Position numbers and translations under genes: made by a program. A DNA stretch of 64,000 nucleotides from an uncultured virus (IMG/VR IMGVR_UViG_3300042261_000720) (Duplodnaviria > Heunggongvirae > Uroviricota > Caudoviricetes): IMG/VR virus record IMGVR_UViG_3300042261_000720. The stretch is one strand, 5' to 3'. The notes beneath the pieces are model-generated. The model was given only the letters and a program-made list of their open reading frames with translations, was not told where the DNA came from and searched no databases. Every line of letters begins with the position of its first letter. The stretch's first letter is position 1. Positions 55,372-64,000 of the stretch are shown one piece after another.

Positions 55372-56263
55372 TTGCAGAAATCCAATCTTCCAATTTCATA
55401 GTTGGTTGCCAACCAAAAGTTTTTTTAATTTTTTGATTATTAGCGAGACTAAATCTAACTTCACCTGCACGAGGAGGAAGATTGATTGCTTCTCCACCAA
55501 TCATTCTTGCAATTTGATTTACAGAAACATTAGTCCCTGTTCCAACATTATATACTTGCCCATACGCTTCATAATCAACATCAGAAAATGCAGCGGTAAT
55601 ATTTGCATTACATATATCACCAACATAAACAAAATCTCTACGCTGGTTGCCATCACCAACAATAGTCAAAGTTTTTCCTTCAGATTTTTGCCTCATAAAA
55701 ATAGCAACTACAGGAGCATATTGACCCCTATAGGGTTGTCTCTCTCCATACACATTAAAATACCTGAAAATGATCGTTGGCAATCCATATAACTCTGTGT
55801 ACATTTTGCAGAGTTTTTCTCCGTTTACCTTAGAAACAGAATATGGATTTAAACAATCATCAGGTTGAGTCTCAACATTAGGGGATTCATTTTTACCATA
55901 AGCAGATGCAGTTGATGAATACATAACTCTCTTAACACCTGCTTCACGAGCACACTGAAGAACTGTACAAGTCCCAACAGAATTAACTGTTACAGCGTGA
56001 ATTGGATTCTCAATCGCTGGTTGGATATGAGATTCTGCTGCAAGATGAAACACATAATCTACACCATCAAAAAGTGGTCGAATACCTTCATAGTTACAAA
56101 TATCAAGAACACAATTTAAAGCATTAGGATTCCAGTAAAATTGTTCATTAGTTGTTGACGATTCATTATCAATGACAACAACTTCGTGTCCCAGATTTAT
56201 GAGACGATCAACAAGATTTGATCCGATAAATCCTGCACCACCCGTCACTAAACATTTCATCAA
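55364..56263 (-). CDS. NAD-dependent nucleotide-sugar epimerase/dehydratase
   Basis: TGGAGFIGS, YSVSK, RYFNVYG, RDFVYV. Confidence 0.9.
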   Translation of the reverse strand: MMKCLVTGGAGFIGSNLVDRLINLGHEVVVIDNESSTTNEQFYWNPNALNCVLDICNYEGIRPLFDGVDYVFHLAAESHIQPAIENPIHAVTVNSVGTCTVLQCAREAGVKRVMYSSTASAYGKNESPNVETQPDDCLNPYSVSKVNGEKLCKMYTELYGLPTIIFRYFNVYGERQPYRGQYAPVVAIFMRQKSEGKTLTIVGDGNQRRDFVYVGDICNANITAAFSDVDYEAYGQVYNVGTGTNVSVNQIARMIGGEAINLPPRAGEVRFSLANNQKIKKTFGWQPTMKLEDWISAND

Positions 56264-56898
56264 TATACCCTCAATGGTTTCCAGAAATTTTTATGTGGTT
56301 GAAACAATTCGTGTGTAGGATATGAAGTTAGAGGTTGATCAGTTCCATTCGAACTAGTCTGATAGAACATAGGATCATTAAAAGCATATACATTATAATA
56401 CTTTTGCACCTCTGCAAATCCAATATCTTGATGATCAGCAATCTCATATCCGTGATATGCAATCTTTTTACAAAGAGAAGCATATTCTGGACTAATGTAT
56501 AGAATTGCGTGAGCGCCTAACATATTATAAACTCTAAGCAATTCAGAATCAACCTTTTGATACTGAACGAAAGGTCCCGAGTGAGCGTTCATTCTCCCCC
56601 AAGAAGAAATACCAAGATACAATGCATCAGCATCATCAGGAATCTCAATCTCAGATCTAAAGTTCTTAACTACACAATCATCCTCAAAAACAATAAAGGG
56701 AGGATCAATTTCATTTAGTGCAGTAAAATGAGACAGTGAACATCCTGATAAATGTGCATCGGGAAAAACAAAACCCTCTACACGAATGATTGTCTCAAAT
56801 CCAAGATCGGATAACATTTTTTGCATCCGATCATTTTTTTCAGTGTCCCTAGCAAGATTAATGTAGACTGCGGGGATCTTTTTGACCTCTAAGCGCAT
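56260..56898 (-). CDS. GT25-like glycosyltransferase
   Basis: YINL, GCSLSH, FEDD, LYLG, AHAILY. Confidence 0.6.
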   Translation of the reverse strand: MRLEVKKIPAVYINLARDTEKNDRMQKMLSDLGFETIIRVEGFVFPDAHLSGCSLSHFTALNEIDPPFIVFEDDCVVKNFRSEIEIPDDADALYLGISSWGRMNAHSGPFVQYQKVDSELLRVYNMLGAHAILYISPEYASLCKKIAYHGYEIADHQDIGFAEVQKYYNVYAFNDPMFYQTSSNGTDQPLTSYPTHELFQPHKNFWKPLRVY

Positions 56899-57577
56899 TG
56901 TGATTCTTCTTCAGTGCAACAATTTTAGGATTATAAGGATACTCAACATTTTGCATAAACTCCTCTGCATAACAGTATGAAGGAGTTAAACTCAATGTAG
57001 GAGGGTTATCAATTAAATAACGATTCATTTGTGACTCATCGTGCCACAAAGCAATGACATCATTCTCAAGATCTTTGGTAACTCGATCAGCGAGAACTTC
57101 TGCCATTTCTATAAATCGCTTAGTAGATCCACCATTAAATCCACCTGCATAATAATTTTCTCCCTCTTCACCAGGAGGAACATATGCAAGAGATTTTGGA
57201 TTTCTATCATAAGATCTCTGTTCTTTAGGATAGAACGACTGATATGGATGCATTGTTGCGACAAGATCACTAAGAATCTCATCACCAACCTTTGCAACAA
57301 TTGCCATATCTACATCAAGATAGAAGCAATAGTCGTGCTCCAGAATCCAATCTTTTTCTTTTACAAAATAATTAAACCTCTTTAGAGTTGGCATCGGCCA
57401 GGGTTCGTGATCAATCTGACAAACCCTAACATTGTCAGAGGTTTCTACATCATGATTAGTAAAAAGAAGACAATTAATTTCGTGCCCGTTAAGAAAGTTT
57501 TCCTCAACATTTTCTAGAAGTCTCTCAACAAAATCAATGTACTTGTTTGTTGCGATAGTTAAAATACAAATTTTCAT
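56858..57577 (-). CDS. Glycosyltransferase family 6
   Basis: IATNKY, WP..TLKRF, DVD, YYAGGFNGG, WHDESQMNRY. Confidence 0.85.
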   Translation of the reverse strand: MKICILTIATNKYIDFVERLLENVEENFLNGHEINCLLFTNHDVETSDNVRVCQIDHEPWPMPTLKRFNYFVKEKDWILEHDYCFYLDVDMAIVAKVGDEILSDLVATMHPYQSFYPKEQRSYDRNPKSLAYVPPGEEGENYYAGGFNGGSTKRFIEMAEVLADRVTKDLENDVIALWHDESQMNRYLIDNPPTLSLTPSYCYAEEFMQNVEYPYNPKIVALKKNHNALRGQKDPRSLH

Positions 57578-58377
57578 AGGAACTCAAAGTTGTCAAAAAC
57601 AACATCATCGATACTCTTATTTACACAGTCACCACCAAACCAATTTTTAGGTCCAATAGTTTTTTTACTCTTTCCTAACCAAGCACCCCACCAACTAAAA
57701 GAACTATTAGCAATTATATGATAGTTTGCTAAAGTCATCAAGCATAAATCAACTTCTGTTCCATTATTTTCAGAAATGAAAAAACGATCTGGTGCAAAAA
57801 ATTCATGTTCTTTACACCATTCAGTATCATCAGAAAATACCATAACTGGTAAATCCTTTGGTAGTTTTTCCAGTGCTTTCTGATAATACTCAATAGTCTG
57901 AACTGGATGATTAGGATTGGTAACATAATCACCCCTTCGAATATGAAGAGATATGATCTCAGTATTAGAAAAATTATCGATAAAGCACTTACGGCAATCT
58001 CTCATTACAGATGCACTAAAGGTGAAATCTTTTCTAATCTCATCTTCGATATGCTTAAAGTATTTTTCAGTTTGATAGTATCCAAATAAATCAACATTAT
58101 CTGGACAATTAATAAAAAGTTCCTTGTCAAAGGTGTGCATTCTTTCTTGGAGAATGAGATTTTGAACTAACTGAACATTGTTAGTTTTATCCACAGCGAA
58201 AACATCATAAAGAATCACATCAGAATTCTTTACGTTGCCATCGTTTTGACCAAATACTTCACGAGGAGGAATCGAAAAATCATATCCCCGATGCCTGGCA
58301 ATACCTTTTAATGAGGCATACTGAAACATTTGATTGGCAAGTCTACCAAGATTTCCAATATTATTAAACGATAACAT
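57574..58377 (-). CDS. Alpha-1,2-fucosyltransferase-like (GT11)
   Basis: GRLANQMFQYA, HIRRGDY, FSDD, IIANSSFSWWGAWL. Confidence 0.88.
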   Translation of the reverse strand: MLSFNNIGNLGRLANQMFQYASLKGIARHRGYDFSIPPREVFGQNDGNVKNSDVILYDVFAVDKTNNVQLVQNLILQERMHTFDKELFINCPDNVDLFGYYQTEKYFKHIEDEIRKDFTFSASVMRDCRKCFIDNFSNTEIISLHIRRGDYVTNPNHPVQTIEYYQKALEKLPKDLPVMVFSDDTEWCKEHEFFAPDRFFISENNGTEVDLCLMTLANYHIIANSSFSWWGAWLGKSKKTIGPKNWFGGDCVNKSIDDVVFDNFEFL

Positions 58378-58380
58378 TTT

Positions 58381-59265
58381 TCATTTAGAAATAATTTTTC
58401 CAATAGTGTTTACTGCACCATCCCAAGAAAGATAGTTATTGTAGCAGTACTGCCCATATTCTAGCATATCTTTGTATTCACCGCTCTGAATAAGTTGATC
58501 AACCTTAGCAGGAATATGGTGAATTTGATCAGGAGAAATCATCAAGCAAAGTTTGTTCCAATTAATGTATTCTCTAAAAGGCAACCAAAATTGATCACTA
58601 ATATAAATTGGAATACAACCCATCTGAATCGTTTCATAAAATCTGAAAGATGCAGGACCATAACCACGAGGGCACAATCCAAAAATAGAATCACTCAAAA
58701 GAGTTCTAAAAGTATCAACATCTTCTTGAGAAATTGCTGCTGAAGAAGTATCATAAAGATTATAACCCTCAACATTACTCAGAGTATCAAACATTTTTTC
58801 TCTCAGTTCATGAGTGCGTCTTCCACAAAAAACAACTTTATATTGCTTGTTCTCATTCTCAATCAAAGGATGAGGATCACAAAGAAGAGGAATGGGTTCA
58901 TAGACAGAATTCTCACCAATAGGAGAACTAAAACTACCAGATGCAGCAAAAATTTTACAATTTGGAAGTTCTATAAGAGTTCCACCATCATACTGAACAA
59001 CGGTAAAAAATTTCTCATTAGGTAATTGTTCAACAACATGAGAATAAAAAGTAATCAGTGGTTGTACATTTTTGCCATATCCGTTCAGAAGGTGATATGC
59101 AGTCCACTGAATAGGAAGATAAATGTAATCACTATCAATATTCTGTAAATTTTGACTAAAAAAATTATAACAATGTTTTTCAATCAAAGGATTATTCCCC
59201 TGATGTGGGGGATAAATCATATTCATCTCAGGTAAAAAACCCTGAGGAATCTCAAGCATTCGCAT
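58381..59265 (-). CDS. Exostosin-like glycosyltransferase (GT47)
   Basis: SIFGLCPRGYG..SFRFYE...GCIPIYISD...LPF. Confidence 0.8.
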   Translation of the reverse strand: MRMLEIPQGFLPEMNMIYPPHQGNNPLIEKHCYNFFSQNLQNIDSDYIYLPIQWTAYHLLNGYGKNVQPLITFYSHVVEQLPNEKFFTVVQYDGGTLIELPNCKIFAASGSFSSPIGENSVYEPIPLLCDPHPLIENENKQYKVVFCGRRTHELREKMFDTLSNVEGYNLYDTSSAAISQEDVDTFRTLLSDSIFGLCPRGYGPASFRFYETIQMGCIPIYISDQFWLPFREYINWNKLCLMISPDQIHHIPAKVDQLIQSGEYKDMLEYGQYCYNNYLSWDGAVNTIGKIISK

Positions 59266-60211
59266 TTTTAATCATCTCCTCATACATATGTGATGCTGCA
59301 CCAGCAGCGTGTCCTGTCATGCTCCAAAAACTATCCACTCTAAGACGATGATAATAATAAAGATCTGGAAGAATTTGGAATTTACCTTGATTAGTTAACC
59401 AGTAATATGAAAAAGCAATAACATCAGCAGCATGAGGTTCTACAGTGGGATCCTCAACTGCTTTAAGTAAAGAATCAACATAATGGTCTCTATTAACAAA
59501 AAAGTTTCCAGTATTTAAAAATCCATTTACACCTAAACCAACTCCGACTTTAGATGACAGTTCCGTTTCCAAATCAAAAAAGTTTTGTATTCCTTTGAGA
59601 TCAAAAGGTTCATACCCAAAGCGACGATGATTCCAATCATCCCAAGCACGATATCCTTCTTTTCTTTCCATAATTGGAACACTTGGGCAATAACAAGTTT
59701 TATTGTCCCACTCACCAATATTATAAAGAGCGGATATACTACCGTCAACTAAAAAGTTATCACTGTCCAACAAATATACCCATTCATTTTTTGATTCTTT
59801 AACTACTTTAAACTTGTTTCGGAATCCACCAAGATTTTTTTTATTTCTAATTACTTTAATTTTTTTAGATTGCTTACTGACATCTTTAGCAGTGAGAAGA
59901 TAAATTGATGCTGCTGCACCATGAATATCCTCAGGAGCTTCTACAGTATGCTTTATAGAAGTATCAAAATAATCCGCTAAGTTATAGTCACTGATTAATC
60001 TAAAATTAGGATCATAACTAATCTTATATCCATTTAGAAGAAAAGAAATAGACTCAAGTAAAGCATAATATTCTTCGTCAGAAGATCGATCATCACAAAT
60101 CAATATTTCATCAACACGATCATCAAATAATGGCATTCTAATAGCATCTTCGAGATAATTAATGCTATTGTAAAAAGGAATTGCAACAGTAATATTTTTC
60201 ATGAAAGGCAA
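59252..60211 (-). CDS. GT2-like glycosyltransferase
   Basis: VAIPFYN, ICDDRS, NLGGFRNK, LLDSD. Confidence 0.75.
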   Translation of the reverse strand: MPFMKNITVAIPFYNSINYLEDAIRMPLFDDRVDEILICDDRSSDEEYYALLESISFLLNGYKISYDPNFRLISDYNLADYFDTSIKHTVEAPEDIHGAAASIYLLTAKDVSKQSKKIKVIRNKKNLGGFRNKFKVVKESKNEWVYLLDSDNFLVDGSISALYNIGEWDNKTCYCPSVPIMERKEGYRAWDDWNHRRFGYEPFDLKGIQNFFDLETELSSKVGVGLGVNGFLNTGNFFVNRDHYVDSLLKAVEDPTVEPHAADVIAFSYYWLTNQGKFQILPDLYYYHRLRVDSFWSMTGHAAGAASHMYEEMIKNANA

Positions 60212-61026
60212 GTGTCGAGCAGCATTTTATAATATTCGACTTCTGTATCTGGACAGGATTCCAATGAATAATGTGGATTGATTTTACATTCGGAATAAGT
60301 TTTAGTTGCTCCGATCCACTGACCCATTATTAGATTCCTTTCATTGAGATATTTTTGTTTAATACAATACTCAATATCACCAACCCTATTACCAAAAACA
60401 GAAATTTTTCCAGGATGACGAGATGAGATGGAAGATGGTTCAGGATATCTTAAAGGCATCTTAAGAGATCCAATAATTCTTGCACCAGTTGACTTAATAT
60501 AATCAGATCCCATCAACTCAAATTGCCAAGGATTTCCAACTCTAGATAAAACATCAATTAAAAATTGGCGACGCCAGATACATAATTGAGTTGTAGCGGA
60601 ATAGTTCGCTTCTTTTTTAAGAACATATACATGGTCATCAAGCATTTCATAATCAGATACTCGATAAGAAGGACTGATTCCCAGTTTTGCTGCACCAATA
60701 GAATAGTCATCTTCCATATAATCTAAAAGATCATGATATGCATCAAGATCTATAAAATTACTTAAGAGATAATCATCAAGACCAAAAATAATAAAGTCAT
60801 CACTAACTCTTGACAGGTAATCTACAAGATATTTTGACCAGGAATCTGGACCGCCTTTCTGATCATCATCGAGAGCAATATAAGATCCAGCAACTAATTC
60901 ACCAATATAATCACCATAGTTGAGAAAGAAAAAATCAAACTCACCTGGCATATACTTATTAAACAAATAAGAACTGGCAGCAAGAATTTTCTTACTGCCT
61001 TCATATCCCACTAGAATGGTTTTCAT
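60199..61026 (-). CDS. Putative GT-A-like protein
   Basis: LDDYLL, IWRR..L, PWQFE; context in the glycan island. Confidence 0.45.
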   Translation of the reverse strand: MKTILVGYEGSKKILAASSYLFNKYMPGEFDFFFLNYGDYIGELVAGSYIALDDDQKGGPDSWSKYLVDYLSRVSDDFIIFGLDDYLLSNFIDLDAYHDLLDYMEDDYSIGAAKLGISPSYRVSDYEMLDDHVYVLKKEANYSATTQLCIWRRQFLIDVLSRVGNPWQFELMGSDYIKSTGARIIGSLKMPLRYPEPSSISSRHPGKISVFGNRVGDIEYCIKQKYLNERNLIMGQWIGATKTYSECKINPHYSLESCPDTEVEYYKMLLDTCLS

Positions 61027-61895
61027 ACCAACTCCATGATCTCCTCAATAGTAAATCTCTCTACTTCAGAAGAATCTGGACCATCTTCTAAAATCATTTC
61101 GTGTAAGTTTTCACCAGGTTGCAGTCCAATTGTCTTAACTTTATGAGTCTCACCTTTTGGATGATACTTGCGAATCATTGCTTCCAAAAGATTGCCAACT
61201 GACATTGACTTCATCTCAGGAACATAAGGTTTGGAATCTTCGGCATCATTTAAGCAATCAAAAATAAGATCAATTGCCTGATCAACAGTCCAATAGAAAC
61301 GAGTTGCTTCAGGATCAGTGATAATTACTTCCTCATCGTTCTGAAGACGATCTTTCCACTTACAAAGAACAGATCCAGTAGAGTACAGAACATTACCGTA
61401 ACGAACAGTTCTATACTTAGTACCAGGATTCATTCTCTCATAATCAGTGAACAAACGTTCGTGAAGAAGTTTACTAGCGCCATAAACACCACTTACTTGT
61501 GCTGCCTTATCAGTACTAATACCAAGAATAAACTCAATCGGATACTTACGAGTCAATTCCAAAATGTTTAGAGTACCATTGACGTTACCAAGAACACACT
61601 CCCGAACATTTTGTTCTGCCAAACCAACGTGCTTAAAAGCAGCAAGATGGAAAATAGCATCTACACCTTGCACTGCTTTTTCTGCACAATAGGGATCAGC
61701 AATGTCCCCAGGAATAATCTTAACGAATGGGAACTTCTCTTTGAGAGCTACAAGTTTTCCTTCGTTACGAGAAATGGTTACAATGTTGGTACATCCTGCT
61801 GCCCAAAGACGAGCAATCAGTTCTTGCCCAAGAAATCCAGCACCACCAGTAACAAGATAGGTTTTGTTTTTATCTAGAATCATTTTACTCTCCAA
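61023..61895 (-). CDS. UDP-GlcNAc 4,6-dehydratase-like SDR (PseB/CapD family)
   Basis: HLAAFKHV, STDKA, YGASK, VRYGNV..S.GSV, TRFYW, PGENLHE. Confidence 0.8.
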   Translation of the reverse strand: MESKMILDKNKTYLVTGGAGFLGQELIARLWAAGCTNIVTISRNEGKLVALKEKFPFVKIIPGDIADPYCAEKAVQGVDAIFHLAAFKHVGLAEQNVRECVLGNVNGTLNILELTRKYPIEFILGISTDKAAQVSGVYGASKLLHERLFTDYERMNPGTKYRTVRYGNVLYSTGSVLCKWKDRLQNDEEVIITDPEATRFYWTVDQAIDLIFDCLNDAEDSKPYVPEMKSMSVGNLLEAMIRKYHPKGETHKVKTIGLQPGENLHEMILEDGPDSSEVERFTIEEIMELV

Positions 61896-62617
61896 ATCGT
61901 CAAACTTTCACGCCACCAAAAATAAAACTTTTTATAGGAATAAGACTGTCTTAAAAATGCATCAGTCTTTTCTTTATCTAATTCGAATCCCCAAGCATTC
62001 ATTAGTTTTTCTACATCATATGTAGGCAATGGACTGATGTGCTGTGGAGGAGCATCAAGTGGGGGATAAGTGCTGCTCCAAGTAAGAATGAGATATTTTC
62101 CAGTCAACTTCTTTAAGTTATCAAGGAATACATCCAAGTATTTTGGATCTACGTGCTCAGCAACTTCAGTACAGTTAACCAAATCAAACTTTAACTCTTC
62201 CTCAAATGGATCACGAATATCAAAGATGTTAATACATTCTTTGACTTCATCATCAGCATTATCTTTCTGGTACTCGAAATATTCGATACCACAAGCATTT
62301 GCACAGTCTAGCATATTATAGACCAAATGACCAGTCGAGCATCCAATATCACAAAAACTCTCAATCTCATCCATATTAAAAGTTGAGAGAATGCACTTAT
62401 AAAACTCATCATAAGGAGAAGAATCCTCCCTAAGTTCCAACTCAGGAGGATACATTATATCAATATCAATTTTGCCATCATCTTTAAAAGAAAGACGTGG
62501 ATTACGCTCAAGAATATGAGGATCAAGTACAGAATGGTTTTTTCCAATCACACTGGAAATGCGATCATTCCAAGATAAAAAGTGTTCGTAAAATTGTTCG
62601 ATCGTTCTCTCAGTCAT
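61880..62617 (-). CDS. SAM-dependent methyltransferase
   Basis: DIGCSTG, FDLVNCTEVAEH. Confidence 0.75.
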   Translation of the reverse strand: MTERTIEQFYEHFLSWNDRISSVIGKNHSVLDPHILERNPRLSFKDDGKIDIDIMYPPELELREDSSPYDEFYKCILSTFNMDEIESFCDIGCSTGHLVYNMLDCANACGIEYFEYQKDNADDEVKECINIFDIRDPFEEELKFDLVNCTEVAEHVDPKYLDVFLDNLKKLTGKYLILTWSSTYPPLDAPPQHISPLPTYDVEKLMNAWGFELDKEKTDAFLRQSYSYKKFYFWWRESLTIWRVK

Positions 62618-63477
62618 TCTCTTTCCAACAAAATGTGATTTCCTTTACCTTCATATGCCAGATAATCAACACCTTCATAAAGAGGTGGTTCATCAATTTG
62701 ATAATTTGTCCAATCACCAAAGTATGGACGATTGATATCAATGATTCCAGCGATAGCATCAATTGCAGATCCAACATCCAAGAATACAGCATCAGTATAA
62801 TTCTTAAGACGATGGATCAGACCAGACTTGGAATGTCCAACTCCCATCAAGAAAATCTTAGATGAAGAATTAATTAGTTGCTCACCAACCATCTTTTCGG
62901 TGGCATCAATATCATCACAAGCAAATCGTTGAGGAAGAGAAATATAATCCTCAAACTTTTCGAGTCCAAGATATTCCTGATACTGAGGTGCTTCCATCAG
63001 ATTCTCAATGATTTTCATTTTACGATCAGCACCAATCAAACCAATCTTTCCAGCAAAAGTTTTCAGTAGCCACTTATTAGCAACCAACCCGTAACCATAC
63101 TCAGCAGGAAAGTCAATATTAATGCCTGGAAGAACCTCCTTAAAACGTTCACGATTTTCAGGGTAAATCTCACAAGTGTAGTAATCGCACTTTGTAGCAC
63201 CTTCTACGAATGCCTGGTGATCAATCTGAGCATATGACTTACTCAGTGCTCTACGACCAGGAGCAGCACTACCAATACCTTCTTTCTTTAGGAAAAAGTA
63301 ATCCCCATCACCAAACTTATAGAAAGTAGAAGATGCTCCACCATCTACAAGTTCTACAAGAAGAGATTTAAATTTCTCAAGATCTTCCTGGAAAGTTGGA
63401 AAAGTTTCCGAATTACCAAAGCAAGGATGAGTATCTAGATTAGTAGACTCTTCGATTTTATAAAGATCCAAATACAT
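62614..63477 (-). CDS. Hypothetical protein, GT-D-like
   Basis: KFGDGD and LDVGSAID motifs. Confidence 0.45.
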   Translation of the reverse strand: MYLDLYKIEESTNLDTHPCFGNSETFPTFQEDLEKFKSLLVELVDGGASSTFYKFGDGDYFFLKKEGIGSAAPGRRALSKSYAQIDHQAFVEGATKCDYYTCEIYPENRERFKEVLPGINIDFPAEYGYGLVANKWLLKTFAGKIGLIGADRKMKIIENLMEAPQYQEYLGLEKFEDYISLPQRFACDDIDATEKMVGEQLINSSSKIFLMGVGHSKSGLIHRLKNYTDAVFLDVGSAIDAIAGIIDINRPYFGDWTNYQIDEPPLYEGVDYLAYEGKGNHILLERE

Positions 63478-63478
63478 A

Positions 63479-64000
63479 TCAGTCCTCCGTTACAATAGTG
63501 CCGTGATAAACTGCTCTCTTACCATCGTAAGAAGAGATACGCTTTTCACCATAGTATTCCTTTACCCAATAGATCACATAATCAATATCTTCTTGTGTCA
63601 TACCAGGATGGCAAGGAAGACTCAGCAATTTCTGCCATTCACGATCTGCAACAGGATAATCACGATTCTGTTTTACAACACTGTACTTATGCAGTGGTTT
63701 AAAGTGAACGCTTGTATGAATCTTCTTATCTGCAAGATAATCAATCATATCACTACGTTCAGCAGCAGGAACACGAGCACAATAATACTGAACAGTTTCT
63801 GACCAAGCAGGAGTACGAATCAGACCCTCAAGACCTTCGTTATAGCACTTCTGAATATGACGACGCCACTCAAGATTCTTAGGTAGTTTCTTCATCTGCT
63901 CCAAGCAAATGGCAGCAGAAAGATCAATCATATAGCACTTGTAACCAAGAACATCAACCTCATAATCCCAAGAATAACCAGGTTTGCCAGTCAGTCCATC
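63479..64000 (-). CDS. DegT/DnrJ/EryC1/StrS aminotransferase, C-terminal part (truncated by window)
   Basis: GYKCYMIDLSAAI, SVHFKPLH, LSLPCHP. Confidence 0.8.
   Translation of the reverse strand, partial: DGLTGKPGYSWDYEVDVLGYKCYMIDLSAAICLEQMKKLPKNLEWRRHIQKCYNEGLEGLIRTPAWSETVQYYCARVPAAERSDMIDYLADKKIHTSVHFKPLHKYSVVKQNRDYPVADREWQKLLSLPCHPGMTQEDIDYVIYWVKEYYGEKRISSYDGKRAVYHGTIVTED

Noticed and set aside
1..64000. tRNA/rRNA genes, integrase, transposase, stop-codon reassignment
   Set aside because: None recognised by eye; known genes are full length in the standard code. A tRNAscan run would be needed to exclude tRNAs fully.

Overview
A 64-kb segment of a T4-like cyanomyovirus (Kyanoviridae-type) genome, almost all coded on the minus strand. 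In order it holds: (1) a baseplate/tail module (gp5, gp51, gp26, gp4, gp48, gp53); (2) core genes (gp32, gp59, gp33, exonuclease, phoH, thyX, glutaredoxin); (3) a compact nitrogen-sensing cassette at about 16.75-17.63 kb, with an NtcA-like box, two tandem glutamine-riboswitch-like aptamers that each enclose a small ORF in the P2 loop, and then DUF4278-like and other tiny ORFs; (4) a roughly 23-kb island in which fibre genes and three Cys-rich paralogues sit with ADP-heptose-type enzymes, a GT9-like transferase, two carbamoyltransferases, a flavin-dependent halogenase, many 2OG-Fe(II) oxygenases and a sulfotransferase; (5) psbA split by a 207-nt group I intron, a free-standing EndoVII-type homing endonuclease and psbD; (6) hli-petF-hli-peroxiredoxin; (7) a glycosyltransferase/sugar-modification island running off the right edge. 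All calls come from motif recognition by eye. No database searches were run.
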